32,000 nucleotides of DNA, taken from Mycolicibacterium smegmatis (GTDB taxonomy: Bacteria > Actinomycetota > Actinomycetes > Mycobacteriales > Mycobacteriaceae). Shown here piece by piece: positions 11,904-23,228 of the stretch. The notes below the pieces were generated by a model. It made no database searches. It was not told where the DNA came from and saw only the letters and a list, made by a program, of their open reading frames with translations. Numbering within the stretch: the stretch's first letter is position 1; the number at the start of each line of letters is the position of its first letter. The stretch covers positions 4,350,001 through 4,382,000 of the forward strand of contig NZ_LN831039.1 of the NCBI RefSeq assembly GCF_001457595.1, given 5' to 3'. The position numbers were made by a program, and so were the translations under genes.

Positions 11904-13004
11904 CTACCGCGTGCTGGGTGTGACGAACGGCGGTTTGACGACCTCGCACTCGACCGCCCGGCCGCGCACGTCGACCGTGACGCGGGCACCGTCGGCGATG
12001 TCGTGTTCGGTGTCGATCAGCGCCAGCGCGATGCCCACCTTCAGCGTCGGCGAGAACGTGCCCGACGTGGTGACGCCGACGCGGGTGTCCCCGTCGAGCA
12101 CCGCGAGGTCGGCGCGCAGCACACCGCGGCCCAGCGCCTTGAGACCGCGCAGCACGCGCTTGGGGCCCTGCGCCTTCTCGGCGAGCAGCGCGTCGCGCCC
12201 CCAGAACGCGTCCTTCTTCCAGCCGACCGCCCAACCGCAGCGCGCCTGCAGCGGTGAGATGTCCAGCGAGAGTTCGTGGCCGTGCAGCGGGTAACCCATC
12301 TCGGTGCGCAGCGTGTCGCGGGCGCCCAGACCTGCGGGTTCGCCACCCGCGGCGCGCATGGCAGCGACCAGCGCGTCGAACACCACCCCGGCACGGTCCC
12401 ACGCGGGCAGCAGTTCGTAGCCGTGCTCACCGGTGTACCCGGTGCGGCACACGCGCACGAACACGCCTTCGAACTCGGCGTCGGCGTAGCCCATGTAGTC
12501 CATGTCGGTGGGCAGGCCGAGCTTGTCGAGCACCTCGGCGGACTTGGGGCCCTGTACCGCCAGCACGGCGTACGAACGGTGCTCGTTGGTGATGGTCAGC
12601 CCGTCGGGTGCATGGCGCTGCAGTTCCTCGACCACGGTGGCGGTGTTGGCGGCGTTGGGCACCAGGAAGATCTCGTCGTCGGAGACGTAGTAGGCGATCA
12701 GGTCGTCGATCACCCCGCCGGATTCGGTGCAGCACAACGTGTACTGCGCCTTGCCTGGCCCGATCTTGCCGAGGTCGTTGGTCAGCGCGGAGTTGACGTA
12801 GGCCGCCGCGCCGGGCCCCTTGACCAGCGCCTTGCCGAGGTGGCTGACGTCGAACAGGCCCACGGTGCTGCGGGTCGCGTTGTGTTCGGTGACCGTGCCC
12901 GCATAGGAGACCGGCATCAGCCAGCCACCGAATTCGGCGAAGCTGGCTCCCAGCTCGCGGTGGCGGTCTTCCAACGGTCCTTGCAGCAGCTCGTCACTCA
13001 CCAC
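11904..13004 (-). CDS. gcvT: Glycine cleavage system aminomethyltransferase (T protein)
   Basis: GTG at 13002-13004 (a second GTG lies one codon in). [26 protein letters not shown], then [10 protein letters not shown] and [11 protein letters not shown], are typical GcvT motifs. Confidence 0.93.
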   Translation of the reverse strand: MVSDELLQGPLEDRHRELGASFAEFGGWLMPVSYAGTVTEHNATRSTVGLFDVSHLGKALVKGPGAAAYVNSALTNDLGKIGPGKAQYTLCCTESGGVIDDLIAYYVSDDEIFLVPNAANTATVVEELQRHAPDGLTITNEHRSYAVLAVQGPKSAEVLDKLGLPTDMDYMGYADAEFEGVFVRVCRTGYTGEHGYELLPAWDRAGVVFDALVAAMRAAGGEPAGLGARDTLRTEMGYPLHGHELSLDISPLQARCGWAVGWKKDAFWGRDALLAEKAQGPKRVLRGLKALGRGVLRADLAVLDGDTRVGVTTSGTFSPTLKVGIALALIDTEHDIADGARVTVDVRGRAVECEVVKPPFVTPSTR

Positions 13005-13057
13005 ACCACCTTATCGATCGGGCCCGCCCGCACGGGCCTGACTGTCACACTCGACGC

Positions 13058-14149
13058 GTGGTCGATTTCGATGCGCTCGAAGCCGCCGGGATCGCCGATG
13101 CCCGCAGGCGTGCCGGGCTCATCTCCTACCTCGACCGGCTGGGTTTCACGGCCGAGGAGATGGTCGACGCCGAGCGCCGCGGCCGGTTGTTCGGGCTGGC
13201 CGGTGACCGGCTGCAGGCCTCGGGGCCTGCGATCCACAGTCTTGCGAGCGCGGCCGACGAACTCGGGTTGCCCGTCGCCGACGTCGAACGCGCGTGGGCC
13301 GCACTGGGCCTCACGGTCGCCGGGGTCGACGTGCCCGCCCTGAGCGGGGCCGACGTGGAGGGCCTGCGGACCTGGTCGGAGATGCGCGCGGTGCTCGGCG
13401 ACGAGGCCGCCACCGGGTTGTTGCGGGTCATCGGCTCGGCGCTGGCCCGCATCTCGGAGGCCGAGTCGTCGATGCTGCGCGCGAGCTCGCCAGACATCAT
13501 GATCGACCAGACCCACGACGAGCTCGCCACCGCGCAGGCCTACCGCACCGCGGCGGCGTACATCCCGCGGATCGGGGCGTTGATGGACGCCGCGCACCGC
13601 CATCACCTGATGAGCACGCGGACCTACTTCGAGCATGTCATCCGCGCGGGTTCGGAGACTGTCGAGTGCGGTGTCGGCTTCGCCGACCTGTCGGACTTCA
13701 CCGCGTTGACGCAGATGCTCACCACGGTCGAGTTGACCGATCTGCTCAACGAATTCAGTTCCGCGGCATCAGATGTCGTACACGCCGCGGGTGGCCGCGT
13801 GGTGAAGTTCATCGGCGACGCGGTGATGTGGGTGGCCACCACACCGCACCTTCTGGCCCTCGCGGCGGTCGACCTGGTGGAGCACCCCAAGGCCAGGCAG
13901 GCGCACGTGCGGGTGCGAGCGGGGCTCGATTTCGGTGCGGTACTCGCGATCAACGGCGACTACTTCGGCAACTCGGTGAACCTGGCCGCGCGGCTGGTGC
14001 AGGCCGCAGAGCCGGGACAGGTGCTGGTGTCGGCCGCCCTGCGCGAGGCGCTGGGAGACTGGCCGGCCACCGGACCGCGGGAGTTGAAGCTGAAGGGTTT
14101 CGATCGACCGATCCCCGCCTTCGCGCTCACTCCCAGGGAGTCTGGCTAG
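13058..14149 (+). CDS. Class III adenylate/guanylate cyclase with N-terminal regulatory domain (Rv2212-like)
   Basis: GTG at 13058. The C-terminal catalytic domain has [23 protein letters not shown] and [14 protein letters not shown]. Position between gcvT and the aminopeptidase matches Mtb. Confidence 0.85.
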   Translation: MVDFDALEAAGIADARRRAGLISYLDRLGFTAEEMVDAERRGRLFGLAGDRLQASGPAIHSLASAADELGLPVADVERAWAALGLTVAGVDVPALSGADVEGLRTWSEMRAVLGDEAATGLLRVIGSALARISEAESSMLRASSPDIMIDQTHDELATAQAYRTAAAYIPRIGALMDAAHRHHLMSTRTYFEHVIRAGSETVECGVGFADLSDFTALTQMLTTVELTDLLNEFSSAASDVVHAAGGRVVKFIGDAVMWVATTPHLLALAAVDLVEHPKARQAHVRVRAGLDFGAVLAINGDYFGNSVNLAARLVQAAEPGQVLVSAALREALGDWPATGPRELKLKGFDRPIPAFALTPRESG

Positions 14150-14153
14150 GGTT

Positions 14154-15713
14154 GTGCGGGTGAGCAACGCACCCGGTTACCAGGCCCCCACCGTCACCGT
14201 CAGCTCGTCGTTGCCCCGCAGGGGCGTCGCCGAGGCAGTTCTGGTGGTCGGCGTCGTCAGCAACGACTCGAACAACAAGAGGTCGGACACCGATTCCGCG
14301 CCGAAGCTGCTGACACCCGCGCCCTTCTTCGACGCCACCGTCGTCACCGCGATCGAATCGGGCCTGCGGGCCCTCGGCGCGACCGGCGGCGAAGGGCAGA
14401 CCCACCGGCTGGTCGTCGACGCATTGCCGGTCGGCAGTGTGCTCGCGGTGGGCCTCGGCAAGGATCGCGACGAGTGGCCCGCCGACGTGATCCGCCGCGC
14501 GGCGGGCAACGCGGCCCGCGCGCTCGACGGCAAGGTCGCCACGGTCATCACGACGTTGTCGGCGTCCGGCCCGCAGGCCCTCTCGGCCGCCGTCGAGGGT
14601 CTGATCCTCGGCGCCTACCGGTTCAGCGACTTCCGCAGCGAGAAGACCGCGCCCAAGGGGCCCGGGCTGACCGCGATCACCGTGCTGGCGCACGACACCA
14701 AGGCGCCGACCAAGGCCGAAGCGCAGCGCGGCGTCGACATCGCGACTGCGGTGGCCACTGCTCGTGACTTCGTCAACACCCCGCCCAGCCACCTGTTCCC
14801 CGATGAATTCGCCAAGCGCGCAAAGGCTTTCGGCGAGTCGGTCGGCCTCAAGGTCGAGGTTCTCGACGACAAGGCGCTGGAGAAGGCCGGGTACGGCGGC
14901 ATCATCGGCGTCGGCAAGGGTTCGTCGCGACCGCCGCGCCTGGTGCGGCTGAGCCACCTCGGCGCCAAGCGCAAGGGCAAGCGCGTCGCGCTCGTGGGCA
15001 AGGGCATCACGTTCGACACCGGCGGCATCTCGATCAAGCCCGCAGCCAACATGCACCACATGACGTCCGACATGGGTGGTGCGGCCGCGGTCATCGCGAC
15101 CGTGGCGCTCGCCGCGGTGCGCCAGTTGCCGATCGACGTGATCGCGACCGTGCCGATGGCCGAGAACATGCCGTCGGCGACCGCGCAGCGGCCCGGCGAC
15201 GTGCTGACCCAGTACGGCGGTATCACCGTGGAGGTGCTCAACACCGACGCCGAGGGCCGGCTGATCCTGGCCGACGCGATCGTGCGGGCCTGCGAGGACA
15301 ACCCCGACTACCTGATCGAGACCTCGACGCTGACCGGCGCGCAGACCGTGGCACTCGGCGCGCGCACCCCCGGTGTGATGGGCAGCGACGAGTTCCGCGA
15401 CCGCGTCGCGAAGCTGTCGCAGGACGTCGGCGAGAACGGTTGGCCCATGCCGCTTCCCGAGGAACTGCGCGACGACCTCAAGTCCACGGTCGCCGACCTG
15501 GCCAACGTCAGCGGATCGCGTTTCGCCGGAATGCTGGTGGCGGGCACCTACCTTCGCGAGTTCGTCGCCGAGGGTGTGCAGTGGGCCCACATCGACGTCG
15601 CGGCGCCCGCGTACAACACCGGCGGGCCGTGGGGCTACACGCCCAAGGGCGGAACGGGTGTGCCTGCGCGCACGATGTTCGCCGTGCTGGAGGACATCGC
15701 GGCGAACGGCTAG
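14154..15713 (+). CDS. pepB: Leucyl aminopeptidase (M17 family)
   Basis: GTG at 14154 (alternative GTG at 14160), 4 nt after the cyclase stop. M17 motifs [16 protein letters not shown] and [12 protein letters not shown]. Confidence 0.93.
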   Translation: MRVSNAPGYQAPTVTVSSSLPRRGVAEAVLVVGVVSNDSNNKRSDTDSAPKLLTPAPFFDATVVTAIESGLRALGATGGEGQTHRLVVDALPVGSVLAVGLGKDRDEWPADVIRRAAGNAARALDGKVATVITTLSASGPQALSAAVEGLILGAYRFSDFRSEKTAPKGPGLTAITVLAHDTKAPTKAEAQRGVDIATAVATARDFVNTPPSHLFPDEFAKRAKAFGESVGLKVEVLDDKALEKAGYGGIIGVGKGSSRPPRLVRLSHLGAKRKGKRVALVGKGITFDTGGISIKPAANMHHMTSDMGGAAAVIATVALAAVRQLPIDVIATVPMAENMPSATAQRPGDVLTQYGGITVEVLNTDAEGRLILADAIVRACEDNPDYLIETSTLTGAQTVALGARTPGVMGSDEFRDRVAKLSQDVGENGWPMPLPEELRDDLKSTVADLANVSGSRFAGMLVAGTYLREFVAEGVQWAHIDVAAPAYNTGGPWGYTPKGGTGVPARTMFAVLEDIAANG

Positions 15714-17446
15714 AGCACCTGGGAGCGGGCCGCGCGGCGCAGCGCGGCCGGGAACAGGCGTGAGACCCCGTAGGCCACATAGGCTTCCGGGGTCACCGGC
15801 CGCAGCGCCTGGTTGCGCGACACCGCGGAGGTGACGGCCTTGGCGACCTTCTCGGGCCCGTAGCGGCGGGCCTGGAAGGTCTTCTTGACCTGGGCCCGCC
15901 GCGCCTCGACCTGCCCCGCCTTGTGCGCGGGCACGTCGAACCGTGTGGTGTCGACGATCCCGGTGTCGATCATGCCCGGGCACAGTGTGGTGACGCCGAT
16001 CCCGGCGTGGGCGAGTTCGGCGCGCAGGCAGTCGGAGAACATGAAGACCGCGGCCTTGCTCGTGGCGTAGGCGTTCATCGACCCGGCGGGTGAGTAGGCC
16101 GCCATGGACGCGACGTTGACGATGTGTCCGCCTGTGCCCTGCTCGACCAGGCGGCGCCCGAAGGCGCGGCAGCAGTTGACCACCCCGCCGAAGTTGACCT
16201 CGAGCACCCGCTCGTACTGGTCGGCCGGGGTGTCCAGGAAATTACCCGCATGCCCGATGCCCGCGTTGTTGACCACGATGTCGGGCACGCCGTGCGTCGC
16301 GCACACGTCGTCGACGAACCGCTGCACGGCATCGGGATCGGCGACGTCGAGACCGTAGGCGTGGGCCACCCCGCCGGCCTCGTCGATCGCGGTCGCCGTG
16401 GCTTTCGCCCCGGCCTCGTCGATGTCGCTGACCACGATCTCGGCGCCCAGCCTGGCGAACTCCAGCGCCGTGGCACGTCCGATGCCGCTCGCGGCACCTG
16501 TCACCGATACGAGCGTGTCGCTGAAAGCCTTTCGCGGCCTGGCCACCTCGGCCCGGCGCAGGGCGCGGGCCGGTGGCGCGCCTTCCATGTGGTCGACGAA
16601 CTCGCCGACGGCCTGCGCGATGGCGCGCGGGTGCGAGAACGGCGCCCAGTGCCCGGCGTCGAGGTCACGGCGCCACAGCAGCGGCACCCACTTGGACTCG
16701 TCGCGGTAGCCCTCGCCACGCACCACGGGATCCTTGCGGTTGCAGATCAACTGCACGGGCACCTGCACGTAGTGGTCGCGGCGCACGTGGGTGAACGAGC
16801 GGATCGCGTTGGCGCGGTAGATCTTCAGCGAGTTCGCGGCGTCGATGTCGAGGTTCTCGGACTGGAATTTGGGTCCGGGTGTGTCGATGGCCTGCAGGCG
16901 GCGCGCCGCCCCGCGGCGCATCAGCGCGGGCGCGAGCACGGGGATCGAGAACGGGATCCAGTAGCTGAACCGCGAAGCCAGGTTGACGGCCCTGGCGAAC
17001 TGGACGGGGCGGTACGGCCGGGCCAGGCCGCGTCGCACGTAGGCGCCGTAATGGTCGGTGCTGGGCCCCGACACCGACGTGAACGACACCATGCGTGCCG
17101 CCGATCCCTGCCGGCTCAGGTACTCCCAAATCCCCACCGAGCCCCAGTCGTGGGCGAGCACGTGCACGGGCGCGTCGGGGCTCACCGCGTCGATCACGGC
17201 CGAGAAGTCGTCGGCGAAGCGTTCCATCGTGTATGCCGACGTCGCCTTGGGCACGTCGGAGGCGCCCGCGCCACGGTTGTCGTAGCGCACGATGCGGTAC
17301 CGGTCCCCCAGCTCACGCACGACGCCGTCCCACAACACGTGCGAGTCAGGCCAGCCGTGGGCCATCACGATGGTGGGCCGCTCGGGGTCGCCCTGCTGGT
17401 AGACCGCGATGCGCGTGCCGTCCTGGCTGGTGACGAAGGTGTGCAT
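15710..17446 (-). CDS. ephD: Fusion protein: N-terminal alpha/beta-hydrolase (epoxide hydrolase-like) plus C-terminal short-chain dehydrogenase (EphD-like)
   Basis: ATG at 17444-17446. N-terminal HGWPDS and AHDWGS nucleophile elbow. C-terminal [12 protein letters not shown] Rossmann motif with NNAG and a YATSK catalytic tetrad region. Confidence 0.88.
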   Translation of the reverse strand: MHTFVTSQDGTRIAVYQQGDPERPTIVMAHGWPDSHVLWDGVVRELGDRYRIVRYDNRGAGASDVPKATSAYTMERFADDFSAVIDAVSPDAPVHVLAHDWGSVGIWEYLSRQGSAARMVSFTSVSGPSTDHYGAYVRRGLARPYRPVQFARAVNLASRFSYWIPFSIPVLAPALMRRGAARRLQAIDTPGPKFQSENLDIDAANSLKIYRANAIRSFTHVRRDHYVQVPVQLICNRKDPVVRGEGYRDESKWVPLLWRRDLDAGHWAPFSHPRAIAQAVGEFVDHMEGAPPARALRRAEVARPRKAFSDTLVSVTGAASGIGRATALEFARLGAEIVVSDIDEAGAKATATAIDEAGGVAHAYGLDVADPDAVQRFVDDVCATHGVPDIVVNNAGIGHAGNFLDTPADQYERVLEVNFGGVVNCCRAFGRRLVEQGTGGHIVNVASMAAYSPAGSMNAYATSKAAVFMFSDCLRAELAHAGIGVTTLCPGMIDTGIVDTTRFDVPAHKAGQVEARRAQVKKTFQARRYGPEKVAKAVTSAVSRNQALRPVTPEAYVAYGVSRLFPAALRRAARSQVL

Positions 17447-17520
17447 GTTGCCCCCTGCATGACGCCGATGAATGCCGAGACGACAGTATCCAATACCGCC
17501 GGTACCGGGTAGAGGTGGCG

Positions 17521-17964
17521 CTAGCTTTCTTCCAGTTCGCGCCGCATGGCGCGTTTGCGTTCGATGCGGCGGCGCGCGTCGTGGTCACGCATGCGCTGCG
17601 GGTAGCCGGTCTTCTGGACGTCGTAGACCGGGATCTTCAGCCGGTCGGCGAGCCTGCGGGCTCCGCGCTCTCCCCCGGCGCGCCGCCTGGTCCATTCTCC
17701 GTCGGCCGCGACGAGCACCACAGTGACATCGGTGACGGTGGTCCTGGGTTCCACGTACGCCTCGACCCCGGTGTGCTCAGCCACCCATCTCTGCATGTAC
17801 TGGAGGTCGGCCGCGGGGTCGCCCGCACGCACCGATCCTCCGCGGCGGAATCTGTCGAACCATCCCAACCGACCGGTCTCCTCACTGCGTTGGCCCCGTT
17901 TTCGATAGTGCCAGAGCTTTTCTGTGGCCTGGGTAACCCTGAGTTCGTACGAACGGCGGACCAA
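17521..17964 (-). CDS. Hypothetical small basic protein, divergent from dlaT; start codon uncertain
   Basis: ORF opens with TTG at 17962-17964. The C-terminal two thirds (from about GTG at 17830-17832, VRAGDP...) show good G/C third-position bias. The N-terminal 44 codons contain many A/T-ending codons. No motif I recognise. Confidence 0.55.
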   Translation of the reverse strand: MVRRSYELRVTQATEKLWHYRKRGQRSEETGRLGWFDRFRRGGSVRAGDPAADLQYMQRWVAEHTGVEAYVEPRTTVTDVTVVLVAADGEWTRRRAGGERGARRLADRLKIPVYDVQKTGYPQRMRDHDARRRIERKRAMRRELEES

Positions 17965-18072
17965 TGACAGGATGGTCCTGACATTCCAGTTAGGTGCCGT
18001 ACCCGGTGCACCTGACTGTGGTAAGCCAGAGTTCGAGTCGTCAAAAGTGACCGTCCGAGGGAGTCAACACAC

Positions 18073-19824
18073 ATGGCCATCTCCGTCCAGATGCCCGCAC
18101 TAGGTGAGAGTGTCACAGAGGGGACGGTGACCCGCTGGCTCAAGCAGGAGGGCGACACCGTCGAACTCGACGAGCCACTGCTCGAGGTGTCCACCGACAA
18201 GGTCGACACCGAGATCCCCTCCCCGGCCGCCGGTGTGTTGACGAAGATCGTCGCGCAGGAGGACGACACCGTGGAGATCGGTGGCGAACTCGCGGTGATC
18301 GGCGAGGCCGGCGAGGCATCCGCCGAGGCACCCTCTGAAGACTCCGCCCCGGCTCCCGAGCCTGAGCCCGAACCCGAGCCCCAGCAGACCCAGCCGACCG
18401 CGGCCCCGGCGGAATCCGTCGAGTCCGCGCCTGCCGAATCGTCGGCCCCGTCGCAGGGCGGCGGGTCGGCCACCCCGATCCTGATGCCCGAGTTGGGCGA
18501 GTCGGTCACCGAGGGCACCGTGACCCGCTGGCTGAAGAACGTCGGCGACAAGGTCGAGGTCGACGAGCCGATCGTCGAGGTGTCCACCGACAAGGTCGAC
18601 ACCGAGATCCCGTCACCGGTGGCGGGCACGCTGCTGTCGATCACCGCCAACGAGGACGACGTCGTCGAGGTCGGCGGCGAGCTGGCGAAGATCGGCGACG
18701 CCGGCGCGGCGGCCGAGCCGAAGCCCGAGCCGAAACCCGAGCCCAAGGCCGAGCCGAAGCCCGAACCCAAGCCGGAACCTAAGCCCGAGCCCAAGGCCGA
18801 ACCCAAGCCGGAACCGAAGCCCGAACCCAAGCCTGAGCCCAAGGCCGAGCCCGCCCCCGCGGCGAGCTCCGACGGTTCCCCCTATGTCACTCCGCTGGTG
18901 CGGAAGTTGGCCGCGGAGAACGGGATCGACCTCTCCACGGTCAAGGGCACCGGTGTCGGTGGCCGCATCCGCAAGCAGGACGTGCTCGCGGCCGCCGAGA
19001 AGGCCAAGGAGGCCAAGCAGGCTCCGGCAGCCTCCCCCGCCGCGGCGGCGCCCGCGGCCCCGGCTGCCGCATCGGCCACGCCTGCCCCGGCGCTCGCACA
19101 CCTGCGCGGCACCACGCAGAAGGCGAACCGGATCCGTCAGATCACCGCGAAGAAGACGCGTGAGTCGCTGCAGGCCACCGCGCAGCTGACGCAGACCCAC
19201 GAGGTCGACATGACCAAGATCGTGGCGCTGCGGGCCCGCGCCAAGGCCGAGTTCGCCGAGCGCGAAGGCGTCAACCTCACGTTCCTGCCGTTCATCGCGC
19301 GTGCGGTGATCGACGCGTTGAAGATCCACCCCAACGTCAACGCCAGCTACAACGAGGACACCAAGGAGATCACCTACTACGACGCCGAGCACCTCGGCTT
19401 CGCGGTGGACACCGACCAGGGTCTGCTGTCGCCGGTGATCCACAACGCCGGTGACCTCTCGCTGGGCGGCCTGGCGCGCGCGATCGCCGATATCGCCGCC
19501 CGCGCCCGGTCGGGCAACCTCAAGCCCGATGAGCTGGCCGGTGGCACCTTCACGATCACCAACATCGGCAGCCAGGGCGCGCTGTTCGACACCCCGATCC
19601 TGGTTCCGCCGCAGGCGGCGATGCTGGGCACGGGTGCCATCGTCAAGCGGCCGCGCGTGATCGTCGACGAGTACGGCAACGAGTCGATCGGTGTCCGGTC
19701 GGTGTGCTACCTGCCGCTCACCTACGACCACCGCCTGATCGACGGCGCCGACGCCGGACGGTTCCTGACCACGATCAAGCGCAGGCTCGAAGAGGGCGCG
19801 TTCGAGGCCGACCTGGGTTTGTGA
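18073..19824 (+). CDS. dlaT: Dihydrolipoamide acyltransferase E2 (DlaT/SucB) with two lipoyl domains
   Basis: ATG at 18073 with GAGGGAG SD. Two lipoyl domains each carry [14 protein letters not shown]. Peripheral subunit-binding domain [10 protein letters not shown]. Catalytic [11 protein letters not shown] motif. Confidence 0.96.
   Translation: MAISVQMPALGESVTEGTVTRWLKQEGDTVELDEPLLEVSTDKVDTEIPSPAAGVLTKIVAQEDDTVEIGGELAVIGEAGEASAEAPSEDSAPAPEPEPEPEPQQTQPTAAPAESVESAPAESSAPSQGGGSATPILMPELGESVTEGTVTRWLKNVGDKVEVDEPIVEVSTDKVDTEIPSPVAGTLLSITANEDDVVEVGGELAKIGDAGAAAEPKPEPKPEPKAEPKPEPKPEPKPEPKAEPKPEPKPEPKPEPKAEPAPAASSDGSPYVTPLVRKLAAENGIDLSTVKGTGVGGRIRKQDVLAAAEKAKEAKQAPAASPAAAAPAAPAAASATPAPALAHLRGTTQKANRIRQITAKKTRESLQATAQLTQTHEVDMTKIVALRARAKAEFAEREGVNLTFLPFIARAVIDALKIHPNVNASYNEDTKEITYYDAEHLGFAVDTDQGLLSPVIHNAGDLSLGGLARAIADIAARARSGNLKPDELAGGTFTITNIGSQGALFDTPILVPPQAAMLGTGAIVKRPRVIVDEYGNESIGVRSVCYLPLTYDHRLIDGADAGRFLTTIKRRLEEGAFEADLGL
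18715..18846 (+). repeat. In-frame tandem repeat encoding the (EPKP)n-EPKA linker of DlaT
   Basis: Blocks of 36, 48 and 48 nt (18715-18750, 18751-18798, 18799-18846) encode [28 protein letters not shown] and [16 protein letters not shown]. Copies differ at synonymous third positions (ccg/ccc/cct, gag/gaa, aag/aaa). Confidence 0.9.
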
Positions 19825-19876
19825 ACCGGCCCCGGCCGGGGGGAGCTTGCAGGGGATTAGGAGGGGTTGAGGCAAC

Positions 19877-20785
19877 GTGGCCGACGCCGTCATCGCGATC
19901 GCGGGGTCCTCTGGCCTGATCGGTTCGGCGCTGACGTCGGCGCTGCGTGCCGACGGTCACCGCGTGCTGCGCCTCGTGCGCAGGGCCCCGTCCAACCCCG
20001 ACGAGCTGTTCTGGAACCCCGACACAGGTGAGTTCGACGCCACCGCGCTGCACGGCGTGGACGTCGTGGTGAACCTGTGCGGGGTCAACCTGGGCGACAA
20101 ACGCTGGTCGGGCGCGTTCAAGCAGAGCCTGCGGGACAGCCGCATCGGACCCACCGAGGTGCTGTCGGCCGCGGTGGCCGACGCCGGCGTGCCGGTGCTG
20201 ATCAACGCCAGCGCCGTGGGTTTCTACGGCGACACGCGTGACCGGATCACCGACGAGTCGGCCCCTGCGGGCCAGGGCTTCCTGGCCACGCTGTGCCAGG
20301 ACTGGGAGGCCGCCACCGCGCAGGCCGTCGCGGCGGGCACTCGCGTGGTGCTGCTGCGCACGGGTCTGGTGCTGGCGCGCTCGGGCGGCCTGATCGGCCG
20401 GCTCAAGCCGCTGTTCTCGTTCGGGCTCGGCGCACGTCTGGGCAACGGCCGCCAGTACATGCCGTGGATCAGCCTGGAGGACCACATCCGCGCCGTGCGG
20501 TTCACGATGGACAACGACACGATGTCCGGCCCGGTGAACGTCACCGGGCCGGCCCCGGTCACCAACGCCGAGTTCACCTCGGTACTTGGCCGCACACTGG
20601 GCCGCCCGACGCCGTTGTTCGTACCCGCGGTGGCGCTGCGCACGCTGCTGGGCGAGTTCGCCGACGAAGGCCTGCTCGCCGGGCAGCGGGCGATCCCGGC
20701 GGCCCTGGAGAACAAGGGATTCGAATTCCACCACAAGACAGTGCGTGAGGCGCTCGCCCACGTCACCGCACCCAAGGAGCCCTGA
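19877..20785 (+). CDS. TIGR01777/DUF1731-type NAD-dependent epimerase/dehydratase family protein (Rv2216-like)
   Basis: GTG at 19877. N-terminal Rossmann [14 protein letters not shown]. About 300 aa. Sits between dlaT and lipB as in Mtb. Confidence 0.87.
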   Translation: MADAVIAIAGSSGLIGSALTSALRADGHRVLRLVRRAPSNPDELFWNPDTGEFDATALHGVDVVVNLCGVNLGDKRWSGAFKQSLRDSRIGPTEVLSAAVADAGVPVLINASAVGFYGDTRDRITDESAPAGQGFLATLCQDWEAATAQAVAAGTRVVLLRTGLVLARSGGLIGRLKPLFSFGLGARLGNGRQYMPWISLEDHIRAVRFTMDNDTMSGPVNVTGPAPVTNAEFTSVLGRTLGRPTPLFVPAVALRTLLGEFADEGLLAGQRAIPAALENKGFEFHHKTVREALAHVTAPKEP

Positions 20786-20802
20786 CGAGTACCGTCGATC
20801 CC

Positions 20803-21489
20803 GTGACATCGATCCGTTCGGCCAGCACGCCGGTCGAGGTGCGCCGCCTCGGCACGCTCGACTACACCTCCGCGTGGCAGCTGCAACGCGAGACCGCCGA
20901 CGCCAGGGTGGCGGGCGGCCCCGACACCCTGCTGCTGCTGGAGCATCCGCCGGTCTACACCGCGGGTAAACGCACCGAACCGCACGAGCGTCCGCTCGAC
21001 GGGACGCCCGTGGTGGACACCGACCGCGGCGGCAAGATCACCTGGCATGGCCCCGGCCAGCTGGTCGGCTACCCCATCATCGGGCTCACCGAGCCGCTGG
21101 ACGTCGTGAACTTCGTTCGGCGCCTTGAAGAATCACTCATCACGGTGTGCGCCGAGCTCGGGCTGCACACCGAACGCGTCGAGGGGCGCTCGGGCGTGTG
21201 GGTGCCTGCCGACGACCTGCGGCCCGCGCGCAAGATCGGCGCGATCGGCATCCGCGTCTCGCGCGCGACGACGCTGCACGGGTTCGCGCTCAACTGCGAC
21301 TGCGACCTGTCGGCGTTCTCCTCGATCATCCCGTGCGGCATCACCGACGCCGGGGTGACGTCCTTGACCGCGGAACTCGGCCGCCGCGTCACCGTCGACG
21401 AGGTCGCCGACCGGGTCGCCGCCGCGGTGTGCGACGCACTCGACGGCCGTTTGCCGGTCGGCCACCACGAAACCCTGAACGTAGGATGA
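20803..21489 (+). CDS. lipB: Lipoyl(octanoyl) transferase
   Basis: GTG at 20803. [33 protein letters not shown] and KIGAIGIRV are LipB signatures. Confidence 0.93.
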   Translation: MTSIRSASTPVEVRRLGTLDYTSAWQLQRETADARVAGGPDTLLLLEHPPVYTAGKRTEPHERPLDGTPVVDTDRGGKITWHGPGQLVGYPIIGLTEPLDVVNFVRRLEESLITVCAELGLHTERVEGRSGVWVPADDLRPARKIGAIGIRVSRATTLHGFALNCDCDLSAFSSIIPCGITDAGVTSLTAELGRRVTVDEVADRVAAAVCDALDGRLPVGHHETLNVG

Positions 21490-21493
21490 ATCT

Positions 21494-22438
21494 GTGACTG
21501 TCGTGCCAGAGGGACGCAAGCTGCTGCGACTGGAGGTCCGCAACGCGCAGACCCCCATCGAGCGCAAGCCACCGTGGATCAAGACCCGCGCCAAGATGGG
21601 CCCGGAGTACACCGAGCTCAAGGGTCTGGTGCGGCGCGAGGGTCTGCACACGGTCTGTGAAGAGGCCGGCTGCCCCAACATCTTCGAATGCTGGGAGGAC
21701 CGCGAGGCCACGTTCCTCATCGGCGGTGAACAGTGCACGCGGCGTTGTGACTTCTGCCAGATCGACACCGGCAAGCCGGCCGACCTGGACCGTGACGAAC
21801 CGCGCCGGGTCGCCGAGAGCGTGCAGGCCATGGGTCTGCGGTACTCGACGGTCACGGGCGTGGCGCGCGACGACCTGCCCGACGGCGGCGCCTGGTTGTA
21901 CGCCGAGACTGTGCGCTTCATCAAGCGTCTCAACCCCAACACGGGCGTCGAACTTCTGATCCCCGACTTCAACGGCAACCCCGAGCAGCTCGAGGAAGTT
22001 TTCGAGTCGCGTCCGGAAGTGTTGGCGCACAACGTCGAAACGGTGCCGCGCATCTTCAAGCGGATTCGCCCGGCGTTCCGTTACGACCGTAGCCTCGCGG
22101 TGATCACCGCGGCCCGCAACTTCGGTCTGGTCACCAAGTCCAACCTGATCCTCGGCATGGGCGAGACCATCGACGAGGTGCGCACCGCGCTGCGTGACCT
22201 GCACGACGCCGGCTGCGACATCATCACCATCACGCAGTACCTGCGCCCGTCGCCGCGCCACCACCCCGTGGAGCGGTGGGTGCACCCCGACGAATTCGTC
22301 GAGCTCTCGGCCTATGCCGAGGGTCTCGGATTCGCCGGAGTGTTGGCCGGGCCACTCGTGCGGTCGTCCTACCGCGCGGGCAAGCTCTACGCACAGGCCG
22401 CACGGGTGCGATTCGCAGATCAGCCCCCCGTATCCTGA
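21494..22438 (+). CDS. lipA: Lipoyl synthase (radical SAM)
   Basis: GTG at 21494, 4 nt after the lipB stop. Auxiliary cluster [12 protein letters not shown] and radical-SAM CTRRCDFC motifs. Confidence 0.96.
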   Translation: MTVVPEGRKLLRLEVRNAQTPIERKPPWIKTRAKMGPEYTELKGLVRREGLHTVCEEAGCPNIFECWEDREATFLIGGEQCTRRCDFCQIDTGKPADLDRDEPRRVAESVQAMGLRYSTVTGVARDDLPDGGAWLYAETVRFIKRLNPNTGVELLIPDFNGNPEQLEEVFESRPEVLAHNVETVPRIFKRIRPAFRYDRSLAVITAARNFGLVTKSNLILGMGETIDEVRTALRDLHDAGCDIITITQYLRPSPRHHPVERWVHPDEFVELSAYAEGLGFAGVLAGPLVRSSYRAGKLYAQAARVRFADQPPVS

Positions 22439-22442
22439 AGTA

Positions 22443-23195
22443 ATGGCGAAGACGCGCAACACCGCTGAGACGAAAGCTGCGAAGGCCGCGGCGAAGGCAG
22501 CCCGCAAGGAGGCCTCCAAGCAGCGCCGCAGCCAGTTGTGGCAGGCGTTCCAGATCCAGCGCAAAGAAGACAAGCGGCTCGTGCCGTACATGGCGGGCGC
22601 TTTTGTGCTGATCGTCGCGATCGCGGTGGTCGCAGGCCTGCTCATCGGCGGTTTCACGAAGTTCACACTGATCCCGCTCGGCGTGGTGCTCGGCGCGCTG
22701 GTCGCGTTCATCATCTTCGGCCGGCGCGCGCAGAAGTCCGTGTACCGCAAGGCCGAGGGTCAGACCGGCGCCGCGGCCTGGGCGCTGGACAACCTGCGCG
22801 GCAAGTGGCGCGTGACGCCGGGCGTCGCGGCCACCGGCCACTTCGACGCCGTGCACCGCGTCATCGGCAGGCCCGGTGTGATCTTCGTCGGCGAGGGCGC
22901 CCCCAACCGGGTCAAGCCGCTGCTCGCGCAGGAGAAGAAGCGCACCGCGCGCCTGGTCGGCGAGACCCCGATCTACGACATCATCGTCGGCAACGGCGAG
23001 GGTGAGGTGCCGCTGGCCAAACTGGAGCGCCACCTCAACAAGCTGCCCGCCAACATAACCGTCAAGCAGATGGACGCGATCGAGTCGCGGCTGGCCGCGC
23101 TGGGCACCAAGGTCGGTCCGGCCGCGGTCCCGAAGGGTCCGCTGCCGCAGGCCGCCAAGATGCGCGGGGTGCAGCGCACGGCGCGTCGTCGCTGA
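22443..23195 (+). CDS. DUF4191-type membrane protein (Rv2219-like)
   Basis: ATG at 22443, in frame with the 22194 ORF and 4 nt after the lipA stop, gives 250 aa. MAKTRNTAETKAAKAAAKAARKEASKQRR is followed by two TM helices. Confidence 0.88.
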   Translation: MAKTRNTAETKAAKAAAKAARKEASKQRRSQLWQAFQIQRKEDKRLVPYMAGAFVLIVAIAVVAGLLIGGFTKFTLIPLGVVLGALVAFIIFGRRAQKSVYRKAEGQTGAAAWALDNLRGKWRVTPGVAATGHFDAVHRVIGRPGVIFVGEGAPNRVKPLLAQEKKRTARLVGETPIYDIIVGNGEGEVPLAKLERHLNKLPANITVKQMDAIESRLAALGTKVGPAAVPKGPLPQAAKMRGVQRTARRR

Positions 23196-23228
23196 GTTCA
23201 GCGGTTGACGTAACCGACAATCTGTCGG

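Noticed and set aside
13005-13057. Glycine riboswitch upstream of gcvT
   Set aside because: Only 53 bp separate gcvT from the divergent cyclase gene. That is too short for a glycine riboswitch aptamer, and no conserved aptamer features are visible.
14127-15983. 618-aa ORF on the minus strand
   Set aside because: Antisense to the M17 aminopeptidase gene. Low-complexity Arg/Gly/Asp/His composition with no recognisable domain.
17637-18842. 401-aa Gly/Ser-rich ORF ([10 protein letters not shown]...) on the minus strand
   Set aside because: The GSG repeats are simply the reverse complement of the EPKP/PEPEP linker codons of dlaT. The ORF also overlaps the dlaT lipoyl domains and the divergent hypothetical gene.
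19830-19841. 12-bp palindrome CCCCGGCCGGGG after the dlaT stop as a terminator
   Set aside because: As a hairpin it gives only a 4-5 bp stem with a minimal loop and no T-tract. It is too weak to call a terminator, and the next gene probably reads on from dlaT.
23205-23210. TTGACG as the -35 element for the amidohydrolase
   Set aside because: Only about 7 nt separate it from the candidate -10-like CAATCT, which is incompatible with a 16-19 nt spacer. It is probably fortuitous.
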